Assembly (NCBI GenBank): GCA_041736305.1
Contig: JBGSTX010000266.1
Coordinates: 1 to 24,529, forward strand
Source of the DNA: Oligoflexus sp.
GTDB lineage: Bacteria; Bdellovibrionota_B; Oligoflexia; Oligoflexales; Oligoflexaceae
Length of the DNA: 24,529 nucleotides
Direction of reading: 5' to 3'
The position numbers and the translations under genes are program-made. This document shows positions 1 to 8,352 of this stretch, piece after piece. The notes beneath the pieces were generated by a model. The model was not told where the DNA came from. It worked only from the letters and a program-made list of their open reading frames with translations, and made no database searches. Numbering within the stretch: the stretch's first letter is position 1; each line of letters opens with the position of its first letter.

Positions 1-1348
1 TATCGATGAGCTCTTGGATGCTGCTGACTCCGCCGTTACCAGCGAAATTGCGAATTTGCCCTATCGACTGGGAGCCGATTTCGCGAGCCCAGTTTTGGAT
101 TTCAACATCAGCCCGTAGGTCCGCTTCTGAACGATAGTAGAAGCTAACGAAGTCCGAAACCCAAGCTTTGATCGCGTTCCAGATAAGCACAGCATCGTCA
201 CGATAAGCATAGTTGCTCAAGAGCTTAGCGTCCAGGGTTCCATTCTTGCTCAGTTTGTTGGGCAGATAGTGCGCTTTGAAATCAAGCTCACGACGGCACG
301 TAGCTATAAGCTTATAATTTGAATGGATATCTGAACCCAGCATCCGGTCCACGAATTGGTCCGGGCCAACTAGGGACTTGAAAGCTGCACTATTGATGTG
401 CAGGGTGTTGCTGATATGTGGAGTCAGCAAAGCAAAGACCGGATGGTTACTAGAAAGATTGCGGTAAGCACACATCGCGATAGGTTCGATCAAGAGGTGT
501 GTGAGGCTTAGATGGGAGATGATCGCCGAGTGAGCGTTAGCCGCGACTTGGACGTGACTGCGCGCCAGGCGCCATGACCATCCATCTTTGCGAGTGTAAA
601 TTTCACGACCTTGAGGAGTAGGTCCCGTCTGGATCGCAAAGGGAGCCAGGGGTCCACCGCCGCGAGGTACAGCAAATGCAGCAAGTGGTGCGAACATATA
701 CTTCTGTGTCTGTGGATGCTTGCCGTTTTTCAGCACTTTCATTTTGGTATAGTCGACGAAGAAAACCCGGCCCTCTTGGATAGCAGACTGCAGGTTATCC
801 GAGGCGAACTCAGGCGCCGCTTGAAAATGAGCGTTGGTGATAGGGAAATTCTCAGGGACGCGCATCATGCGTTGCAGGACATCGGCATCAGAACCGCCCA
901 GAAAGGTATTGGCAAACGCTGGATCTGAGTCGACGTCTTTTGCGGTCTCTGGAACAGGATCTTTGACATAGAGTTTGTTGTAATCGTTCAGGGAGGTTGG
1001 TCGGCCATTGGGAAGAATGGGCCCGAGGTCCGCCATGAAGTGGGAAACAAGGGGAGCGAGATCGCCATCAACCACAACTGCAGCAAAGTTCACGGTGCGG
1101 AGTTTGGGAAGCCCTTTTTCAAAGTTATAGCCTGATTCTTTGATCTGCGCCGCGAGTGCTGAGCGGCGCTTGGCGAAGCCCTTAACCACCATAGGAGGGT
1201 AATCGAGAGGTGGCAGGTTTTCATCAGGTGGTGTTACAGCTACTGGGATGTCCATATCATACTTGAAGGGCGATTTTTTACGCCACTCTTCAATTTTCGG
1301 TGCCCGGGCCGCGTCGTTATCTTGTTGAGGTAGCTTATACTGAGCCAT
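1..1348 (-). CDS. Lipoxygenase (non-heme iron fatty-acid dioxygenase), partial: 3' end lies beyond the left edge of the window
   Basis: Manual translation of the minus strand from ATG at 1348 (AAAGGA RBS upstream) gives 449 stop-free codons to the edge, starting MAQYKLPQQD. It contains LOX hallmarks: GRVFFVDY, YMFAPLAAF, LAPFAIQ, WRLARSHVQVAANAHSAIISHLSLTHLLIEP (iron-ligand HxxxxH), RNLSSNHPVFALLTPH, TLHIN, YAYRDDAVLIWNAI, DVEIQNW. Absent from the ORF track because no stop codon falls in the window. Confidence 0.95.
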   Translation of the reverse strand, partial: MAQYKLPQQDNDAARAPKIEEWRKKSPFKYDMDIPVAVTPPDENLPPLDYPPMVVKGFAKRRSALAAQIKESGYNFEKGLPKLRTVNFAAVVVDGDLAPLVSHFMADLGPILPNGRPTSLNDYNKLYVKDPVPETAKDVDSDPAFANTFLGGSDADVLQRMMRVPENFPITNAHFQAAPEFASDNLQSAIQEGRVFFVDYTKMKVLKNGKHPQTQKYMFAPLAAFAVPRGGGPLAPFAIQTGPTPQGREIYTRKDGWSWRLARSHVQVAANAHSAIISHLSLTHLLIEPIAMCAYRNLSSNHPVFALLTPHISNTLHINSAAFKSLVGPDQFVDRMLGSDIHSNYKLIATCRRELDFKAHYLPNKLSKNGTLDAKLLSNYAYRDDAVLIWNAIKAWVSDFVSFYYRSEADLRADVEIQNWAREIGSQSIGQIRNFAGNGGVSSIQELID

Positions 1349-1384
1349 TGCTTATTAGATCCTTTCGGTCAAATGGTAGTCGAA

Positions 1385-1792
1385 TTAGTTGCCGGCATAC
1401 TTAAGGGGATTAGCTGCTGGGTCACGTTTGTAGGCAACGTAGTTGGTCATGATGACGAACTGCTGAAGGATATACTGCTGAAGAGGGCTTGCTTCACCTT
1501 CCGCTGTACCCGACTTTGAACGTTCGTAATATTCCTGGAGGACGTAGCCAGAGTTTTCAGTCTGCTCAGTTTTTTTGTCAGCCAACGCTAAGGCAAACTC
1601 TTCGACAGAAGCGCGCTGACTTTTGGTGTCTTGGTAGTACTGATTTACGGTATTGATGATGAAGTCTTGGGCAGCTTGCTTGTTGCCGTCGAGTTCCCAC
1701 GCAGCAACATCTGCTCCTCCCTTGTCGCCACTGGTCTTACATCCAGTGAATGCGAGTGCAATCACAAGGCAAATTTTTGTTCCGCGAAGCAT
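1385..1792 (-). CDS. Hypothetical lipoprotein (135 aa)
   Basis: AAGGAG RBS before the ATG. N-terminus MLRGTKICLVIALAFTG|C has a basic n-region, hydrophobic core and lipobox with Cys18. Ends 36 bp upstream of the lipoxygenase start on the same strand. Confidence 0.8.
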   Translation of the reverse strand: MLRGTKICLVIALAFTGCKTSGDKGGADVAAWELDGNKQAAQDFIINTVNQYYQDTKSQRASVEEFALALADKKTEQTENSGYVLQEYYERSKSGTAEGEASPLQQYILQQFVIMTNYVAYKRDPAANPLKYAGN

Positions 1793-1824
1793 GCAAACTC
1801 CTTTTAAGTTAAAAACCCTATGGA

Positions 1825-1851
1825 GTTTCGGAACTAAAGATTTAAGCTTTA
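1825..1851 (-). promoter_or_regulatory. Candidate sigma-28 (FliA)-type promoter for the lipoprotein-lipoxygenase operon
   Basis: Minus strand TAAA-N15-TCCGAAAC versus consensus TAAA-N15-GCCGATAA. A-tract (UP-element-like) sequence lies immediately upstream at about 1864-1890. Confidence 0.5.
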
Positions 1852-1922
1852 GGAAAAAGCGATTTATCTATTTATTTTATTTTTTTATTCAATAAAAGCA
1901 ATGTATTACAGATTGTGTAATT

Positions 1923-3758
1923 TCAGTTTCGGAAGGTTTTGTGAAGGTCTCGCAAAGCTTTCTTGAAAGCGACCTCATCTTGATACTGCTTTCTAGGACC
2001 AAAAAGCAGCTGGTCGTAGCTGTCTTTGAGAAGGAGAAGGCCATCACGCTGCCGAGGGAGCTCCTGAGACGCCCGCACGAGATAGCGAGCCATTGTCTCT
2101 GAGGGTTCTTGGCTGAATCCTTTTTGCTCGAGGCGCTTTAGGAGTCGATTCAATTCTCGCTGCCAGACAGCTTCAATCTTTGTACGGCGCCAAATACGGA
2201 GCACTTGTAAGACGAGGAGAAGGCCGCCGAGCGAAAAGACCAGCAGCCAAACCATCTCGATATCCTGCATAAGATTTCGTAGCTTAATTCCCAGCTGCCT
2301 ACTGCCATAGTCGAGCCAGGCTATAGGAATAGCCGACCACTTGCGTACCGAATCTGCGCCTAACACGCGACCAGGAACTACCGCAGAGGGATCGACTCGC
2401 TGCCAGCTCTTACCAGTCCAGACTTCGGTCCATGCGTGAGCGTCGCCATCGACCAGGAGGTAGAAACCACTCTCACCCAAAGCTGACCCGCCGCTGAACC
2501 CGCTGACTACCCGAGCTGGATTCCCTGCCATTTGCATGAGACTGGCGAAACTCGCCGCAAAGTGCTCGCAGTAGCCAGTCTTTTTTTCAAAGAGAAACTG
2601 ATCGAGGGGGTCGTCACTATCGAGAGTTCCCGGCTCTAGGGTATAAGAAAAAGATTTGAAGAGTTCGAGGAGCTGCGCTATTTGCGCGTCGAGGGGAAGG
2701 GCCGCCAGTTCACGCGCTAAGCCTTGCACGCGTGGCGATGTTTCAAAACTAGGACTAGGCGGGTCGGGTGGGTCTGCTGGTACGAAAGCTGTATCGAGTC
2801 GACTGCCAACTTCGAGAATGGAGTGGGCACTGTGAAACGATCGCTGCGAGGCGTTCCAAAAAATGCCGGTCTCAGTCTTACGCAAAGGAAACGCGAAGGC
2901 TGTTTGCTCGAGTAGGGGTAAAGCACTGCCGAGCCGTGGCTCAGTCATGATCTCATAAACTACCTCGGTGCTGCTGCGCGCTAGGCGAAAAGGATCTTCC
3001 GAACGCACGGGGCCGCGACGCCAGCTCATGCCGAAACTTTCTTCGAGCACGGCAACTCGCCAGTAGAGGGGATTTTTTTTCAGAACTTCCCCCTGTATAA
3101 GCTTCTCTGGCTCATGAAAACGCACGCGAAAAGCTACGCGTTCTGAACGAGCAAGGGCTGCAAATTTGCCTGGCTCGATAGAATCGCTCAAGCCGGTAAC
3201 AGCTCGATCTGCAGGATTTGGCTTTAAATCAGGGAATAGGAAGTAAATAGGCAGTATAAAAGTCGCGATGGGTAAGGCAGTCTTCAGCAGTTTGCGGCTA
3301 AGAGCGTAAGGCGAAATGGTGACCTTACTTGGGAGGTGATGCAGCATGAGACTGATAAAGATCAGAAAAGTCAGCCCAAAATAGATGAAAAGGGGCAGAT
3401 AGGTTCCCGTTGTCACGAGCAAAGCCACCAAGGCACCAAAAAAGCTACTGTGCGTGAGCATGAGTTGCCTGGGTCTGGGACGATCTAAAAGGAAGAGCAG
3501 AGCGACAATCAGGATAGCAGCCGTCGCGGTCTCCTTATGCCAGAAGCGGGGCGTGTCGATCAGAGCAAGGCTTAGTATCATAATCCCGAGAATAAGCAGC
3601 AGAACTCGTGGCGGATGTTTGATGCCGAGACGAAGACTGAGCGCCTTCCAGCAGAGTCCGAGCATACAAACTATAAAAAGCCAGAGCGGAATGCGCGGCA
3701 AAAGCAGGACGACCTCGGCTAAGTAGATGAGGAGAGCGATAGGCATGATCTCTCTCAT
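1923..3758 (-). CDS. tgpA: TgpA-like membrane transglutaminase-family protein (DUF3488 + transglutaminase core)
   Basis: Multiple N-terminal TM helices; TGLSDSIEPG, YWR, YTLEPG, DPLDQFLFEKKTGYCEHFA (catalytic Cys), AHAWTEVW (His), WQRVDP (Asp); C-terminal TM. Follows moxR and DUF58 as in the known triad. Confidence 0.9.
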   Translation of the reverse strand: MREIMPIALLIYLAEVVLLLPRIPLWLFIVCMLGLCWKALSLRLGIKHPPRVLLLILGIMILSLALIDTPRFWHKETATAAILIVALLFLLDRPRPRQLMLTHSSFFGALVALLVTTGTYLPLFIYFGLTFLIFISLMLHHLPSKVTISPYALSRKLLKTALPIATFILPIYFLFPDLKPNPADRAVTGLSDSIEPGKFAALARSERVAFRVRFHEPEKLIQGEVLKKNPLYWRVAVLEESFGMSWRRGPVRSEDPFRLARSSTEVVYEIMTEPRLGSALPLLEQTAFAFPLRKTETGIFWNASQRSFHSAHSILEVGSRLDTAFVPADPPDPPSPSFETSPRVQGLARELAALPLDAQIAQLLELFKSFSYTLEPGTLDSDDPLDQFLFEKKTGYCEHFAASFASLMQMAGNPARVVSGFSGGSALGESGFYLLVDGDAHAWTEVWTGKSWQRVDPSAVVPGRVLGADSVRKWSAIPIAWLDYGSRQLGIKLRNLMQDIEMVWLLVFSLGGLLLVLQVLRIWRRTKIEAVWQRELNRLLKRLEQKGFSQEPSETMARYLVRASQELPRQRDGLLLLKDSYDQLLFGPRKQYQDEVAFKKALRDLHKTFRN

Positions 3759-4648
3759 CGGCTGGCCTTGTAGGCTGCCAGGAGCCGAAGTGCGGAGGAC
3801 AGATGAGCTTCATTGGAGCCGCGGTCGAGGAAGCTGATTCCGAGGTCCAAACTAAATGGCTTCTGCTGCATCCTGCAGGCTAAGCACCAGGCCGCCAGCT
3901 GCCTCAACTTAGCTTCGGTATCGTGACCCGGAATCTCAGCGATGGCGAGGTGGACTGCACCTTCGCCTTGCTTCTGATAGTCTTTCACTAGCAAGAGATC
4001 TCTTCGCGCCAGAGCTTTCCAGTCAATATGTTTTGGTGAAACGCCTAGCTGATAAGGCCGGTGTCCTGCAAAATCCTCACCTGCAGCTGATGCACCTGAG
4101 CTTTCATCGGGGGAAGTAGGTAGGGGAAGGGTACCCTCGGCGCGCGGATAGACGACGAGTTCCGCGTCAATCGGCAGCCAAGTCCAGGTATAGAATAGTC
4201 CGAAGAGCCCCCGACTGAATACCTTGATGCGCTCTAGAGAATAGATTCCGCGCTGGCGGCAGCTTAGGTTCAGGTCAACGGCGATCCTATCCTCCAGCAG
4301 AGCTACGTGGGTTGCTTGCTCCGCGTGCAGGGTCTTCTCGGCTTCGAGTTGAAGATGATAGCGCACCTCCTGATCCGACTTATTCAAGCACAAGCGCAGG
4401 CGAGCTCTTGAACCTTCGGCTCCGGCTTCGATTCCCAGCAGATCCAGACTCAGGTTTTTCATGCTGTCGTTCGACTGTATCATAGCGACGAGTCCGAGGA
4501 TGCTCATCGTTAGACCTACCGTATGAAAGGGGCTGCTGCTGCGGTAATAGCCGAGCGCAAAGATATTCAGAATCAGGAAAAAGTAGGCGAGTCCGTAGAG
4601 GGTCGGCACAATGTAGGGCTTATAAGGTTTTTGAGTCAGCACTGGCAT
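3755..4648 (-). CDS. DUF58 domain-containing protein (MoxR-associated)
   Basis: Two N-terminal TM helices, RGIY, LFGLF, LVVYP, EDFAGHRPYQLGVSPKHIDWKALAR, LLVKDY. 4-bp overlap with tgpA. Confidence 0.9.
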   Translation of the reverse strand: MPVLTQKPYKPYIVPTLYGLAYFFLILNIFALGYYRSSSPFHTVGLTMSILGLVAMIQSNDSMKNLSLDLLGIEAGAEGSRARLRLCLNKSDQEVRYHLQLEAEKTLHAEQATHVALLEDRIAVDLNLSCRQRGIYSLERIKVFSRGLFGLFYTWTWLPIDAELVVYPRAEGTLPLPTSPDESSGASAAGEDFAGHRPYQLGVSPKHIDWKALARRDLLLVKDYQKQGEGAVHLAIAEIPGHDTEAKLRQLAAWCLACRMQQKPFSLDLGISFLDRGSNEAHLSSALRLLAAYKASR

Positions 4649-4663
4649 CGGCTATAAAACCTC

Positions 4664-5563
4664 TCAAGGAACCCGGACAGACTGCAGGATGGCGCGGGCG
4701 CGCTCCACGCCGATTTCAGGTCTAGTCTCGTCACCGCTGACCAATCGATGACTCATGACGGCAATGGCTACGGCCTGGACATCGTCGGGAGTCACAAATT
4801 TTCTCCCTTCTAGATAGGCGTAAGCCTGCGCCGCATGCAAAAGGCCGAGCGAAGCTCGCGGTGAGAGCCCATGCGGTTGACGGCGACTTTCTTCGGCTAA
4901 AGCGACTATATAGGTGACAATCTTCGAATCGACATGCAGAGATGTGACTTCGGCCTGACGGTGCATGAGCTCGGCCGTATCAAAGAGAGGCCGAAGCTCG
5001 CCTAAGATACGCGAAGGGTTGCCGTGTTCGAGTATGCTAATCTCCGCTTCCCGCGAAGGATAACCTAGCTCAAGCTTCATGAGAAAACGGTCAAGCTGCG
5101 ACTCGGGCAGCGGGAAAGTGCCGATGCTGCGACGAGGGTTTTGCGTGGCTATGACGAAAAATGGCTTTTCCAACTCGCGCGTTTGACCGTCGACGCTGAT
5201 GGTTCCCTCCTCCATGGCTTGGAGAAAGGCACTCTGGGTTTTTGGCGAAGCTCTGTTCAGTTCATCACCGAGGACCAGCTGGCTGAAAATTGGGCCGGCT
5301 TGAAAGACGAAGGCTTGCCGCTCACGGTCAAAGATGGAGACTCCGATAATGTCAGCGGGAAGCAAGTCGGCCGTGAACTGAATCCGGCTGAATTCTAACT
5401 GCAAGAGTCGGGCAAAGGTTTTGGCGAAGGTGGTCTTGCCCATGCCTGGTTCATCTTCCAAAAGAAGATGCCCGCCCGCCAGAAAGCAGGCCAGAGCCAA
5501 CTGGAATTGGGGCGATTTGCCGATGACTACCCGATTAGCTTCAGCCAGAAAATTATTCAGCAT
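4664..5563 (-). CDS. moxR: MoxR-family AAA+ ATPase
   Basis: GHLLLEDEPGMGKT (Walker A), RIQFTADLLPADIIG, LGDELNRASPKTQSAFLQAMEE (Walker B), FFVIATQNP, GTFPLPESQLDRF, GLSPRA. Confidence 0.95.
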   Translation of the reverse strand: MLNNFLAEANRVVIGKSPQFQLALACFLAGGHLLLEDEPGMGKTTFAKTFARLLQLEFSRIQFTADLLPADIIGVSIFDRERQAFVFQAGPIFSQLVLGDELNRASPKTQSAFLQAMEEGTISVDGQTRELEKPFFVIATQNPRRSIGTFPLPESQLDRFLMKLELGYPSREAEISILEHGNPSRILGELRPLFDTAELMHRQAEVTSLHVDSKIVTYIVALAEESRRQPHGLSPRASLGLLHAAQAYAYLEGRKFVTPDDVQAVAIAVMSHRLVSGDETRPEIGVERARAILQSVRVP

Positions 5564-5569
5564 AGTTTA

Positions 5570-7012
5570 TTAACCTACGGATTTCAGAGGACGGTGTTCC
5601 GGTAGAGCCGCGACGCTCGCTTCCAGTCGAGCGATGGCGTCGAATGCAGCGATTTTATAACCCTCCGCCAGAGTTGGAAAATTGAAAATAATCGTGTTCA
5701 CGAAGTCGTAGATCGTGAGTTTACTGAGCATGCAGCACTGCCCGATGTGAACCAAATTGGCCGCATCAGCTCCAAAAATATGAACGCCCAGGATACGCTT
5801 GCTGTCGACTGAAACCAGTATCTTCATCAGGCCATGACTATCACCGCGAATGTAGCCCCTCGCAATCTGGTCGTAGCGTGCACGGCCTACGACATAGGGT
5901 ACTTCAGAAGCCAGGAGTTCCTGCTCACTCCGTCCGACCGAAGACAGCTCGGGTATTGTATACACACCCAGAGGGTAAAACTCAGGAAAACGAACATCGG
6001 TGCAGCCAAAGGCGTGGCGGCAGGCCAGTCGTCCCTGTTCAGCTGAAACGCTGGCGAGAGCCGGTGGTCCGATTACATCGCCTGCAGCATAGATATTGGG
6101 AAGCGAAGTTTGAAAAAATTTGTTGACCTGTATCAACTTGCGTTCCGAGAGCTGAACGCCGACTCTTTCCAGTCCGAGGTGCTCGGAACAAGCTTCGCGC
6201 CCGGCAGAATACATGAAAAGCTCAGTCTCGAGAGTCATACCCTTATAGTAGGCTTTGACCATAGGGCCGTCGTTCTCGATATGGTCGAGGTCCCGGCCAA
6301 GTTCGAAGCTCACGCCCATATCCTGCATCGATTTCATCAGTTCTTCGGCCAATTCTTTGTCTATGTACTGCATAATTCGCGGACGAGAATCGATAATATA
6401 GGTCTTAATGCCGAGTGCCGCGAAGATACATGCATATTCGCAGCTGACGACTCCACCGCCGTATATCGAGATCGAACGCGGTAGACTTTCGAGACGAAGG
6501 ATATCGTCCGAGTCGACGATACGCCAGCCGTCGAAGGGGATATTTGCGGGTCGGCGCGGCTTTGAGCCGGTGGCGATCAGAATGAATGCGGTGCTGAGGG
6601 TGAAACTTTCGCCGACAAGAGGATTGATGCGTACGAGGCAAGGATCCTCAATGTGAGCCGAGCCTCTGAAGATCTTTATGCCGGCCTGGTCGAGCTGGTG
6701 CCTGGTAATGTTCTCCTCATCCATCGAAGCCTTCCGTGCTCGTTCCGATAACTGCGAACTGGAAAGGCTATTGACCAGTCTCTGGACCCAGTGAGGACCG
6801 AGATGCGATTGTACGCTGCGGATAGCGGCGAGAACTTCCCGGAGGGTCTTGGACGGTATGGTGCCTGTATGTATCCAGGCACCGCCCAGGCGCTCGGGGT
6901 GTTTTTCGATAAGGGCCACGCGCTTGTTCAGGCGGGCCGCCTCTAAAGCCGCTTGGACACCAGCTGAACCGCTGCCAATTACGATAAGGTCATAAATCTC
7001 AGTTTGGCCCAT
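5570..7012 (-). CDS. sthA: Soluble pyridine nucleotide transhydrogenase-like flavoprotein (SthA family, divergent)
   Basis: GSGSAG FAD motif, GTIPSKTL, ATGSKP, DSDDIL, IYGGGVVSCEYA, IYAAGDVIGPPALAS, YTIPELS, FNFPTLAEGY. The TIPSK and PTLAE patterns fit SthA rather than lipoamide dehydrogenase (no CxxxxC, no HPTxxE). Confidence 0.8.
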   Translation of the reverse strand: MGQTEIYDLIVIGSGSAGVQAALEAARLNKRVALIEKHPERLGGAWIHTGTIPSKTLREVLAAIRSVQSHLGPHWVQRLVNSLSSSQLSERARKASMDEENITRHQLDQAGIKIFRGSAHIEDPCLVRINPLVGESFTLSTAFILIATGSKPRRPANIPFDGWRIVDSDDILRLESLPRSISIYGGGVVSCEYACIFAALGIKTYIIDSRPRIMQYIDKELAEELMKSMQDMGVSFELGRDLDHIENDGPMVKAYYKGMTLETELFMYSAGREACSEHLGLERVGVQLSERKLIQVNKFFQTSLPNIYAAGDVIGPPALASVSAEQGRLACRHAFGCTDVRFPEFYPLGVYTIPELSSVGRSEQELLASEVPYVVGRARYDQIARGYIRGDSHGLMKILVSVDSKRILGVHIFGADAANLVHIGQCCMLSKLTIYDFVNTIIFNFPTLAEGYKIAAFDAIARLEASVAALPEHRPLKSVG

Positions 7013-7041
7013 AATCGCCTCATAAAAAGTCTCGCCCTAGC

Positions 7042-7068
7042 CTATCGGGTGCTGCGAGCTTTTCTCGA
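7042..7068 (-). promoter_or_regulatory. Candidate sigma-28 (FliA)-type promoter for the sthA-moxR-DUF58-tgpA operon
   Basis: Minus strand TCGA-N15-CCCGATAG, about 30 bp upstream of the sthA ATG. Confidence 0.4.
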
Positions 7069-7181
7069 GTCTTCGTCCGCTGCAAAGTTTACCTAGCCCA
7101 CTCGGGCGAAGATTCGAGCTTTTGCCGCTCGCCTCGATTCGCTAGTATAGATGGCTCAGTCGAATAGTAAGGGAGGGTCGC

Positions 7182-7556
7182 ATGCTCGGGTGGTGGATCA
7201 ACGGGCTAAGGTGGAGCTTTGCTATCTATGGGATCCTGATCGTTTTACTAGCCCTTCTCTTCCTCTGGAGAGGGAGCATACCCTCCCAGCTCAAGCAGCT
7301 GATAAGGGGCGTAGCTGTGCTTTGGCCCCTAGCTTACTTCACCATGATGGATACAATTCCTCTCCTCGGCTGGAGCGACTGGGCTTTTGGCGTTATCATC
7401 CCCGCACTTTTTAGCTATGTTCTCCCCGAATTCGCCAGTGCCCTCATGGAGTGCTACTACCACATCTTCGGCTGGCCCCGGCGTGTCACACGCATCCATC
7501 GCGCAGTGAAGCAGAACCAGCTATCCCACACCCTACTCCGCCCGAGGCGCCCATGA
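7182..7556 (+). CDS. Hypothetical small membrane protein (124 aa, about 3 TM helices)
   Basis: GGAGG RBS upstream of the ATG; three hydrophobic segments; stop overlaps the next start (ATGA). Confidence 0.65.
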   Translation: MLGWWINGLRWSFAIYGILIVLLALLFLWRGSIPSQLKQLIRGVAVLWPLAYFTMMDTIPLLGWSDWAFGVIIPALFSYVLPEFASALMECYYHIFGWPRRVTRIHRAVKQNQLSHTLLRPRRP

Positions 7557-8170
7557 ACGTCAGCGTCTTGCTCTTTCAGTTCGCACCCCTCTTCGCGTAC
7601 ATCGTGGTCGACTATCTGAAAGGCTTCAAGGCTGGCATATGCGCGGCGATAATTTCGAGTGCGGTGGCGCTTGGATACGACTACTATCGAACAGGCGAGG
7701 TCGAATCTTTCATGCTCGGCGAATCGCTGCTGATCGTCGGACTCGGCCTGCTGAGCCTGCGGATGAACAACGATCGCTACTTCAAATTCCAGCCCACTGT
7801 TGTCGCCTGGATTTTTACGTTGATGTTCGCGTATTTTCAGCTCTTCGAAAAGCCCCTGCTGCTGCATTTCCTTCCGCACATGGAAAAGCTCTTCAGCTCA
7901 GAAGTCGCAGGGAGTGAAGCGGCGAAGCTGCCGCAGGAGGAATCTGGCCTTGCTCAGGAGATGCTGCAAAAACTGCACGATCCAAGCACCCAAGAATTCT
8001 TTGGCTTAGTTTCTTTCGGAAGCATCTGGCTCTTTTTCGCCCACGGTCTGATCATGGCTTATGCGGCTCTGCGTCTCTCAACACGGGCATGGTTTGGCTG
8101 GCGACTTGCTATTTATCCAGCTTTCCTGTTCATGGTGATCTATTACCAGTTGCGGATCCAAGCTCCTTAA
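7553..8170 (+). CDS. YciB/IspZ (intracellular septation protein A)-like inner membrane protein
   Basis: Start re-assigned to ATG 7553 (ATGA overlap, GAGG upstream): MNVSVLLFQFAPLFAY. GLLSLRMNNDRYFKFQPTVVAWIF and KPLL resemble the YciB G.lTl..hd..FiK.KpT pattern. Confidence 0.7.
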   Translation: MNVSVLLFQFAPLFAYIVVDYLKGFKAGICAAIISSAVALGYDYYRTGEVESFMLGESLLIVGLGLLSLRMNNDRYFKFQPTVVAWIFTLMFAYFQLFEKPLLLHFLPHMEKLFSSEVAGSEAAKLPQEESGLAQEMLQKLHDPSTQEFFGLVSFGSIWLFFAHGLIMAYAALRLSTRAWFGWRLAIYPAFLFMVIYYQLRIQAP

Positions 8171-8235
8171 GAGCCTTGTTTCTCACGCCGAGAGAGTCCA
8201 TAAAGTCCAGGACGCAGCGCCCCAGGCTGAGTCTG

Positions 8236-8274
8236 TTGTGTGGCCTTGAGGCATGGGCATATAATGGTTATAAA
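8236..8274 (+). promoter_or_regulatory. Candidate sigma-70 promoter(s) for the ATPase-J/HTH-rluD-LDT cluster
   Basis: Perfect TATAAT at 8260-8265 with TTGTGT 18 bp upstream; alternatively TTGAGG-N17-TATAAA (8246-8274). Confidence 0.45.
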
Positions 8275-8352
8275 GGGGATTAGCAGCTTCCCTCAGAATA
8301 TTCCACGACTGCGCCTCTGCTTAGGCGAGGCCTTACAGCATCGGGATGGCTC

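Noticed and set aside
611-928. 105-aa plus-strand ORF from the track
   Set aside because: Antisense shadow of the lipoxygenase, with no motifs and no RBS.
1653-1895. 80-aa plus-strand ORF
   Set aside because: Overlaps the lipoprotein gene antisense and runs into AT-rich promoter DNA.
7451-7552. N-terminal 34-aa extension of the YciB-like ORF
   Set aside because: Lies within the upstream gene; ATG 7553 with ATGA coupling fits the family start better.
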